DNA of 61,676 nucleotides, the filler included, from Sluysia triapertura (Eukaryota), in NCBI GenBank assembly GCA_046118255.1. It is 4 parts of 4 records of this genome, joined end to end, with 100 filler letters (N's around TTAATTAATTAA, not from the genome) between each part and the next. Parts side by side here need not be neighbours in the genome. Positions count along the whole stretch, not along the records: positions 13,979 to 30,999 come from JBJNIA010193714.1; positions 31,100 to 50,082 come from JBJNIA010105319.1; 2 more parts are not named here. The stretch is one strand, 5' to 3'. Numbering within the stretch: position 1 is the first letter of the stretch; each line of letters opens with the position of its first letter. Positions 26,857-37,180 of this stretch are shown piece by piece. The notes under the pieces are model-generated. The model was not told the DNA's origin. It saw nothing but the letters and a program-made list of their open reading frames with translations, and searched no databases. Position numbers and translations under genes: made by a program.

Positions 26857-27489
26857 AATTATATCCGTCTATAATTATACTTCAAATACGATATTAGATT
26901 ACAGTTTATTGCATCTAATGCATTAAATCATATTAGTACACTTAAATGCTGTCTCTATTGCGTATTGCAAATGTATTTATAAAATTGATTTGGTTTTTAT
27001 TTTATTATGTTGCAATTATATATAGTACATTTACACTGCATAAAAAAGCAATAAGTTTGGTTTCATTGATCATTGAATTAATCAAACATTTTAAACCGTT
27101 AAATTTATATCAAGTTACAAAAATTTAAGAATATAAAGTGTAATTTTAAATACGCAATAAATAATTGAAAAATGAAACACTTACACAATAAGTGGTTGTC
27201 ATAAACCATGTTTTATGAAATGCTTTTTTAAACAAATGATATCATATAAAAATAATTATGTTTATTATTTGTTCTTGTCGTATTTTAATCTATTTTAAAA
27301 TCGATATATACTTTGTTTTTTTCAAATATGAAATAAGAAGTGTTAAGAAAACGTATATGGTTGATTTTCTATTTGCTGCTTTTTCTCAAAATTAAGCTTT
27401 ATATGTGCACAAAATACAAAAGGAGTGGTTCGCCTATAATTGATGTCTAATAACTTGCTGTGATTTTTTCTTAACCTAATAGGATACAG

Positions 27490-27860
27490 CAAACTTAAGG
27501 TAAGTCCACCAACGTACTAGGCTTACTGGTTAGGGCTAGCCGTTGGATTTAAAGTAAAAATATAAAATCTATGGAGGTTAATTAAATTTATGCTACTTTT
27601 CTGAATGTAAAAAAGAAATGAATTTATAATAGTCAGTATTTTAATCAGGTTCTTAAATTGAACCTTTTTTCAGATTTAATTATTTTAATGAGGTTCCAAA
27701 ATGAACCTTAAATTTTATCTTCAATGAATTTAATTAGGTTTTGAAACCGAACCTTGAAAAAATTTAAATCACAATTTGGTATTAGATATTTAATGTGCTT
27801 CTAAATTGAATCTTAAGATTTTACTGAGATGTTAATGAGGTTCTAAATGGAACCTATTTA
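27490..27860 (+). repeat. Family B structured repeat with five AGGTTC-N6-7-GAACCT palindromes
   Basis: Hairpin core at 27500-27546. Palindrome units start at 27641, 27685, 27730, 27790 and 27832. Confidence 0.75.
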
Positions 27861-29229
27861 AAAATTTATTTAAGTGATAATAACTGAAATTAGAAAATAA
27901 TTTTTTACTAAATAATACAATCTATAAATATGTACAAGTTTAATAAAAACGAAAATAAAACTTTAAAATTGGATTAATTTATAATTAGTCCTATCCTTGT
28001 ATTGTAAATAAAGTAGTTTAATCAGCTACTTCTAAATAGTACGTAATTCTAGTAAAAATTTAAGTAAAAATTTACAAATGCAATGATAAAAATTGCAAAA
28101 ATCTTCTAAGTAATTGTCTCCAAAGATATATTTGCTCAAATAACTGGTGAAGTACAAACGAATTAATGTTGTGTCAAAATTGTGTGAAATGGTTGATAAT
28201 TTTGGTATTTTTATATTAAAAAGATGACCTTGAGGTCAAGCGATTAAACCAATTATTTAAAATAAATAATTTAAAAATTTTAACAATAAAATTAATAATT
28301 TAACAATAATAATCAATAAAAATAATATTAGTACTCCCTTACTTTATAGAATTATTCCAATTAAGTAATTATATATTTCCAATTAAATGTAAATATGTAA
28401 ATTTTCCAATTAATTAAATTAAATATAAGTTTACAAAAATCTCGATAGTTATGAATATAAATTTACAAAATCAATAATTACGTATATTTATGCACAAATT
28501 CAGTATTAAACGTAAACACATTAAACATCTTATAAACATAACAAACTTAATTGTAGGTATAGGATGTTAATGCTAATTGAATGCTTCTGAGGCTATTTAA
28601 GAAATACAAGTTTTAGTTGTCCCTACTTAAAATTTTGTGCAGTGCGCGATCCTTACTAAATTTAAATCAATCAACTGTCGTGCACTCTAGATTTACGGTA
28701 CTTATGGGCGAAATTCATATATTTTTAAAATGGTAAATTATACATACAATTATAATTTTGTGCAACAACTTTATTAATTGCTTTAAAACAATAATGGCAA
28801 TTTACTCAATCTTAAAGTTATCTTAGATCTAATATTAATTATTCTGCGAGGATTTTAACTATCTTATGATACAGAAAATATGAATCTGGAGACGAATCCA
28901 CCTAATAGATGCGGCTTATATCTGACCAAAGGTGATCTACTAGGATTTTCAATATGCTTAAAAAACTAAACTAAGCAAGCAAGAAAGTAATCTTACTTTT
29001 AATCAATTATCGACTTAACAATTAATGTATAATTTCACATCTTAATTAGTTATATTATTCAGTTATATTTTAATTCAGATTATCGTTAAACTAGCCAGAT
29101 TATGGCTAGACAGTCTAAGCAATTAAGCTAGCCTGGTATGGTCTATCGTATCTAGTGAAATATTTTATGTAGTTTAAACGTTGAACTAGCCTTAGTAAGG
29201 TCTAGTAAATCTTTCTAACGATTTTAAAT

Positions 29230-30680
29230 ACTAAATAACTTTAGAACTTCAATAAAACCTTTAAACATAAAATAAGATTAAGTCTAAAAATAGAATTAAT
29301 TAACTTAATTAAGGAAAAGTACGTTTTTGTGAATAACTTTTGAATGCGGAATGCTATGTTAACTCATTACAGACCGTTGACGTAGTAATATGTCATAGTA
29401 ATGCGTCCGAAATCCAGTAGCTACTGACGTAGTAGTACGTTTTTTGGCAGAATAACTTTGTTTATGTTGCCATCAAACAGTCGATAAAGAATTTTTAGAG
29501 ACCAGTTATGAGTTAAATTTGAAAATGGCGTATTTGTTTTAAAAAGACCTTTCGATGAAAGTTCATGCAAGAAGGCCTTAATATTAAGCAAAGTCAAATT
29601 TTAATTAATTTTTAATTATGTAATGTTGAATTTTTTATACTTAGAATGATGCAAATGTAATGAATGGAATATGAGATGATTTCTATGAAAGACGAGAATC
29701 TAGAACTGAGTGTGAAAAATTTCTAGAGTGGTTTGTTTGAGAATAAGAAGCTTAAAACATTTTTCATTAGAAAATTGGGTGTGAAAACCAGAAATCAATT
29801 AAATTCTGAAAACTAAAATTAAATTACTTAATTTTTATATAAGTTAACAATAATAATGATTGTTATATTAATGTGAGAATTAATTTAAATAAAAGTAGAT
29901 TGAGTAGAGTAAAGGAAAATAATAGATATTCGTAAATCAAATTTTTGTGTCTTGTATCTAAAAACGTTTGACAGTATGTACCATGTAACTGTCGAAGTTA
30001 TTATTGTCTGATTAATTCTCAAAGAATGTTTCAGTGATTTGTGCGAGAGAATGTTTAATCAAAAATTTGGGAATGATTGGATGATGAGAAAATATAAAAA
30101 GGAATACCAAAAAAATTTACTTCACATATTTTTACGGCAGTAACAACAATTAATAATGCAAATGAGAAAATCCATGATTTAATTAATTTTTGAATTTATT
30201 TTATAATTAAAAATATTATTTTGGAGGCTTTTATTAAAATAGTTTTAGTTTTTGTGTTGCTTTGGAAATTTATATTTAATTATTATTAATGAATAATAGT
30301 TTAAATAATAGTTAATATTTTTCTTAGTGTTGCATCACCTCTGGTTTCTTTGGATAGATTATTGTGTCTTTAATATTGTTATAAACACTATTGTTAATTT
30401 TGAGACTTATTCATTTTTATTTAAATTACTCGTATTATTGTTAAATCAGAGACTTATAACAGTAATTTATATTTTATTTTTTAATTATTAAATTTTTGAG
30501 TTATTCTTCTTAAATGGAATTAAAAACTTAATTGTCGGGATGAATAAATATCATTATTAAAATAAGAAAATTTGTGACAATTTATACTTGATCTATTGAA
30601 TATTGAAATTATTCAGAATCTATTTAAGTTAAGTAAACTGATATTGACTTATTGTTACTAATAATTTCTAAGATGCAACA
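29230..30680 (+). mobile_element. Family A LTR-like repeat, middle and 3' part, containing a 150-bp insertion
   Basis: Aligns with ~10480-10830, ~32630-33050 and the reverse complement of 12684-13878. Ends ...AAGATGCAACA at 30680. Confidence 0.75.
29363..29512. mobile_element. 150-bp TTAA-site (piggyBac-like) MITE inserted in family A
   Basis: TTAA on both sides (29359-29362, 29513-29516). Imperfect TIR CTCATTAC / GTTATGAG. Absent from the paralogous copy near 10620, which shows the empty site. Confidence 0.75.
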
Positions 30681-31099
30681 TGATGTTGGACTGCGAATGA
30701 TGACAATGTTGTTATTGTTGAATAAATAACTTGACCAACTAATAGCTGCAAGAAAGAATTTCAAAAATTTTCAATGTGGCGAATGTAATATTAGGATGCA
30801 GACCTAAAGTATCATTTAACCATTTAACTGCCGGTGAGCGCATTTTTGCGAGCATAAATTTATTTGAGAGATTATATGAAATATATTTGAGAAAAGCCAT
30901 TAAAAATCTGGCTTGCGTTAGGGTTAATTTCAAAATTAATAAAAAATGTATAAATTTTCATGAATTTTCAATAAAATAGCATAAAATATGAAAATTGGTN
31001 NNNNNNNNNNNNNNNNNNNNNNNNNNNNNNNNNNNNNNNNNNNTTAATTAATTAANNNNNNNNNNNNNNNNNNNNNNNNNNNNNNNNNNNNNNNNNNNN

Positions 31100-31278
31100 C
31101 CCTTATATAGGTCTTTGGAACTCTAAGATATTCTTTAATTGTTAGGATCATTATAAATGTTTTCTCTATCATGATTTTTATAATGTTCAATCCATCAATT
31201 TGTATAAGTTATTCCTTGATTTTATAGTTCTATATGTTTCTTACTCATTTCCTGATCTACAATTTGGCATTCCCAACA
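31100..31278 (-). mobile_element. Family A LTR-like repeat, 5' end, inverted
   Basis: Reverse complement begins TGTTGGGAATGCC and contains TTAGAGTTCCAAAGACCTATATAAGG, as at 10143-10168. Cut by a gap. Confidence 0.7.
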
Positions 31279-32135
31279 ACTTGATACGTACTATCACTTG
31301 ATACTTTAAGATTCGAAGATGAAATTATCGTTTCTTCGATAAAACTCATAAATATATTTGACTTAATTGTTAAAACTTTCGAATTAAATAATTCTAAATT
31401 TTGTGTTTTCCATTAAACTAATAATTGCATTATCATCCAAAACATTAGTACCATAAACTAATCTTTAACTTTAACATCATTATTATAATGGAACTCCATA
31501 AAATAAAACAATTTTAAATGCCCAACATAAAAAAATTTGAAAAAATTTGTTACTTAAAATTTCTATACTAAATTTTATAATAATGCATAATCACAATACA
31601 TTGACAATTGTAAACGGCAAATGAAATAACAATAATTAACTGAATATACTAGCTATTTATTAAACCGGTTTTGTTACAATGAAATGTGATTAATAAAAGC
31701 TTCACATAATTTAAAATATTACGTCTAAATAGTTATTTAAATTAAAAATAAAAAGATCAAGTTTAACAGCTTAATTTTTAAATTGCATGTACATGGGTAT
31801 TATTGTTAGTAATTTTTATTTTGTCTTATTCGAATTTTTTATGATTAGTATGTTTCATCAATCTTTCCATATTCGTATTTGTCGTCTAGTTACTTCATTT
31901 TAAGATATATTGTTAGTAAAGTTAAAATAGGCAAAGTATTAGAATAAGACCCTTAGATTTAACCTTTCGTTAACAGTGTAACATATGAAGATCTAATTTT
32001 TCTTGCCTGAGCTCAGCATCACAAATACATGACGAGTGTTCATTATCAGTTTATGATAACTGTGTACCAGATCATGTCGTACACAAATATGTTATGTTGT
32101 AAAACAATAAAATAGATTCATGATGTTATTGGAAG

Positions 32136-33050
32136 TGTTGGGATTGTCCAGTTAGTCTAAGAAAGTAGATAAAAAGGCAAAAGAATTTTAAATATATATA
32201 ATGAGAAGTAATATAAAATATCTGAAATATGATGATATAAATATAACTAAATATTCCTAGAGCAAGAATAATGAACATTAAAATGTTTATAATCGTTTTG
32301 AAGCCGAAGAACACATTGAAGACTTAATTAAGGTTTGGAAAGATGTCTTGAAGTGTAAAGATACCTTTGAACTTCTGAACCTAGGGATCATTTGAGACCT
32401 TGTTGATCTGTTGGAACATTTTAAAACTCTTGAGACCTTTTGAGAACTTCGAATAACCTTGTAAACGGTTTGGAACCTTTGAAATGTTCCAAGATTAAAA
32501 TTATGGTTAATGACATTAAAGACAAATTTAATACATTAATAATTAAAATAAAAAAGTAAAAAAGGAATCAGAGTAGTCAAGGTGATAACACCTAGAGCCT
32601 CCTGCGTACATTATAAGGTATTTAACAACTTAACCATAATAAAATCTTTAAACTTAAAATAAATAAGTTAAAATAATTAATTAATTAATTAAAATCTTAA
32701 ATAACTTAATTAAGGAAAATTACGTCTACTTTTGAATGAGGAATGCTATGTTAAAGAGACCTTCCGATGAAAATAAGGTTTGAGTGAGTTCATGCGAGGA
32801 AAGCCTCTATATTGAATTAAGTCGAATTTTAATTAAATTTTAATTTAAAAATGCTGAAATTTTCATATTTAGAATGACGAAGACATGATGAATTGGGTAT
32901 GGAGTGATTGCTATGAAATAAGAGAATCCGAAAATGAGGTTGAAATGATTGTGAAATGGTTTGTTTGGGAATGAGAATCTTAAACATTTTCCATTAAAAA
33001 ATTAATTAAAATGTTAAAACTAAAGTTAAATTCATTATTTTTAACTATGT
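32136..33050 (+). mobile_element. Family A LTR-like repeat, 5' half
   Basis: Begins TGTTGGGATTGTCC. Collinear with 11578-12105 and 29230-29850. Runs into an (AAT)n microsatellite. Confidence 0.75.
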
Positions 33051-33051
33051 C

Positions 33052-33106
<55 letters not shown>

Positions 33107-34344
33107 TTAGAAATAATTAACATTGTGTGAATCGTGTTTTGTGTATATGTTTCATATTTGTATTTTTATTTATTAATTATTTTTTGTATTTTAAATATTA
33201 TTTTATTAAATTTATATATGGAAAATAAAATTACGAAAATAAAAATAATTTAAAATAAATTAAATTAATAATTATTTTAAATTAATTAAACAAAAGTAGT
33301 AAGAATTAAAATATTTTTTAAATTTTTGTTTTATTAAATCAATTTAAATTTTTGTTTGAATCGAAAAAATCCAAGATGGAGAAAGTAATCAATTAGTATA
33401 AATAGGTAGGTAAAATTTCATTAAATCACAACTTGTTTTAGAGTCAAGAAATTTACGATTTTAAAAATTAGCATCTGGGGAAAATTAAAATTATCATTTG
33501 GAAAAATTTTAGTCAATTGTAAGATTCCTTCTCGATTTATCTAAACCATGCACAAGTAATTTTATTTTCATTTAAGGATTGATTCACCATACGGTAATCA
33601 AAAAATATACTCAAACTTCATTTTAATTTTAAGCAACACCATAAAAATGGTTGCGAAATTTTCATTAAAATTCTAAGTACCAACTTCGGTTGAGTGACTC
33701 AAAATCTTTAATTATTATATATATAAACCTCTGTAAACTATATGTCGATAATTTTTAAGTATATATTTGTTTAATAAATATTTAAGTAACATACCCTGTC
33801 TTTAATTAATTTAATATATCATTTTCAACGAGCAACACCATAAAAAGGGTTGCGTAAGTATAAAATCATAAAGTTATTTTAAGCAACGCCATAAATTCGA
33901 TTAATTTAATTAATTAATTTTAATTGGTTGTAAATAAGAGTGTTAGGTTAAGCAATAATTAAGAAATTATAGTAAATCCTAATAATACGTCTCCACTTTT
34001 GGTATAAAGCGTATATATTAGGCGAACCGACTCATCAGATAATTTGCAGTGAATAAGCTTAAGTATAAGAAAACACTAGCATAATTTATTATTTTCAATT
34101 TCTAATTTAATAACTATTTATTTATTTTATAATAAATATTCTCATTTAGTTTGATGTTTTTTATCTACAGAGAAGACAAATTAAAATTAATCTCGAATGC
34201 AAAAGTTTAGATAGAAAACAGTAAAATTACAAATTTATTGATTTACTTAAAACGTTACAGTGCATAAAAGAATAGTAAATAATAATAGAATTGTTAGTAT
34301 CTGTTGGTGTGTGATATCTGAGAAAAGTAAAGTAATAAAAGTAA

Positions 34345-34500
34345 TAGAATAAAAACTTAACTTGAAGTGAGTTCACAAAGATACTGGGCTCACCAGTTAG
34401 GGCCAGCCATTGGATTGTGTAAATCAAGGTAAAATCTCAAGATATGCTAAAAATTTCAATACTTAATCCTATCTGGAGGTGAACTTTATTTATGTTTACT
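34345..34500 (+). repeat. Family B structured repeat copy
   Basis: GTGAGTTCACAAAGATACTGGGCTCACCAGTTAGGGCCAGCCATTGGATT...TGGAGGTGAA aligns with 27500-27580. Confidence 0.7.
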
Positions 34501-37123
34501 GTAATGCTGAGATTCTTTAATAATTGTCAAATTGAAGTTCTCTATTATTTAAAATGTAAGTTAACCTGAAGGATTTATATCGTAATGTTAAAAGAATTAC
34601 TACAAACTTTGGTTCTCAAAAATATTTATTGAAATTTATTTAATGATATTCCGCAGATTCTGTTATATGGAATCGTTGTATTTGATTTTACGTCGCTAGA
34701 GTTAAATTCTAGCTTCTTGAAAACAGTTGCGACTCTGGATTTTAAAAGATTTTAAAGCTATAAAAATTAAATGATTAAATAATTACAAAAAACTTTATTA
34801 CTAAATTATACAAGAACTGAGAATATATAAATAGTTGATAAAGAAAATAATAAATTTACCAAAACTAACTATTTTGAGTTAGTTTAACGATAGGCGTAAT
34901 TTTAAAAAATAGATTTTGCAATTGATCTACTATATGATCCCAATACGTTTAATAAATTTAAGTCTATTTTACAAATGATATTTTATAAAAATATCAACCT
35001 TATTATAATTAAACTAACGTGATTATATATAAAAAATTTGAATCCAAATAAGTAAATATTTTCGTAAGAATTTTTCAAAATTGGTAACCAAAAAATTTTT
35101 TTCTGTTGTGTTGTGTTTTATATTGATTTTTATATAATTGTTTTCGTCGGACCTTGGTCAGACTAAAACAAATCATTTAAAAATATTAATAATTTAAAAG
35201 AAATTGAAATATTAATTTTGGAAATAATCACGTTAATAATCATGTTAATTATTGAAAAATATTAAAAAGGGTTTTTAAATCCTAATTTTAATAAAGTAGG
35301 ATAAATAAAATTGACTTAAAATCTCTCTTGAATTTCCTAGACACTAAAAAGGCTAGGTTAATTTGTAATATAAAATCTGAATTTTGATTTCCTAAGCCTT
35401 AAGCTGAAGGAAGAAAAATCATTATTGTTACTATATTTTATTTTTGAAGCTTGTATATAACTTCTTATATTTGCAAAAGCATTTCCGTTTTACATAATAA
35501 AAAGTTTATATAGTTGATTCATTGTTAGTTAAAATCATTTATCATTTGATCAGACCGTAAAAGGCTGATTTAATCTTTAAATTACTAAAATACTTAAAAG
35601 ACCGTAAAGTTAATTTTTGTTAAGAGCTATCTTAGCTAAAACAGATAACCTTGACACATTCTCCTTTGTCAAATTTAATAAGTCTAACTAGACCGTCGTC
35701 AGTTAGTGACGTAAATCGCATCTAATTAGCCGAAATTTCCTCCAGAGATTGTTTGTTTTGCTTTTAAGGTAGAAACTTTCTCAGAATCAAATTCTTATTT
35801 AGAATTAATCTAATGCCTATCGAAAGAAATAATTTGAGAATTAAGGGGTAATTTAGGGTTAGTTAAAAGGTATAGAAATGAAAAGAAGCATTAGCGCTAA
35901 TAAAGAATTTACATAACTTTCAAAATTCCAAAATTGAATTGTTAAGTGAGCACATGGATAACGATTGTTCTACATTACATCAAAATCTAATTTAATAAAA
36001 TAGAAAGAAAGTCCACACTCTATAGATGTTTAGTCATTACTATTTTGAAGTGAGTTTTATAAAAATACTTGCAAATAATATTTTATTATGTCACCATGAA
36101 TTTTTCTAATTCCACATCTTCAATTCTCATTTTTCTTCTGACGGTTTGGTGATTCCAACAATTTTTATTTATTTCTACTATAAATTTTCGACATTATTTC
36201 AGTGGATCCTACCCAGATTTAAACTTGTTGACATAACTTCTAACGATAAGATCTGATAATTCCTCTTGTAAAATTTTAGCTCCATTTGTTAGAGTTTTAC
36301 TTGATTTGTATATGAAACTAATGTTTTTTAATTAAAATTACTTCTTAAAACTAAAAAAATTAAAAAAAACATTCGTATTATTTCATATCATGACATACTT
36401 GCAGTATTTAAATTTGTATGATCACTTGCAGTAATTGAATTGAGTTAAAGTCAGACTGTAATTATAAATAAGTCCGTTATTCCAACAATTTATTTAATTC
36501 ATAGTAGATTGTTTTGTAAGATAACTTTCTCTTCTATTTTTTTGCATTGTGCCACTTTGGATTAATCAGATTCTACTGTACATTTCGAAACTTCTTAATT
36601 AATTTAGCATATGAGATTAAAGCTTCTTTAGTTAAAAATAGACCAAGAATAAATATATTAATAACTTCGAAAATATGTGGTACTAAAATGTAATTTACCG
36701 TAATTAATCAACACTACGTTTGCTTATTATCATCATTTTGTTATTTAATCATTTGAAAATTAATTTTTTGATATTTTTTAAAATAGATTTAATAAATGTA
36801 AATTTTTTTCATACGTTTCATTATTTTAATTAATCACGTTTTTGTGTTTTTCAAGAAAACGGATTAAAGATTTTAACATTATTTTTATATTTAAATTTAT
36901 GGAAACATTTTAAATTTCTTTTAAAATTATTTATTTACACATTTTTTAATTTAACAAAATTGCCTGATAAAAATCACAACTAGTTATTATTTTACACCTA
37001 ATATAAATATAAATATATATTTATATTTATATACTTAAGCATATGTAATTAACTTTTTACTCAAAAATCATTTGTACTATATATATCAACTATATTAATT
37101 GTTTTTTGTAATTATTTTATAAA

Positions 37124-37180
37124 ATGGGTGATAATGATGATTGGAAAAACTTACCGACTTTAGACAAAATAGAACATAAA
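37124..37180 (+). CDS. CKAP5: CKAP5 coding exon 1
   Basis: ATG to AAA|GTAAGT; 19 codons MGDNDDWKNLPTLDKIEHK. Confidence 0.9.

Noticed and set aside
27641-27855. True CRISPR array
   Set aside because: Eukaryotic spliced-gene context, no cas genes, degenerate repeats with variable loops and irregular spacers. Kept as a palindrome-array finding instead.
35550-35700. AGACCGT motifs resembling flatworm spliced-leader sequence (ACGGTCT)
   Set aside because: Only 7-8 nt of similarity, with no donor site or Sm site in the expected arrangement.
36080-36620. Possible divergent gene head-to-head with CKAP5 on the minus strand
   Set aside because: The best exon-like segment has stops in all frames and I recognised no domain.
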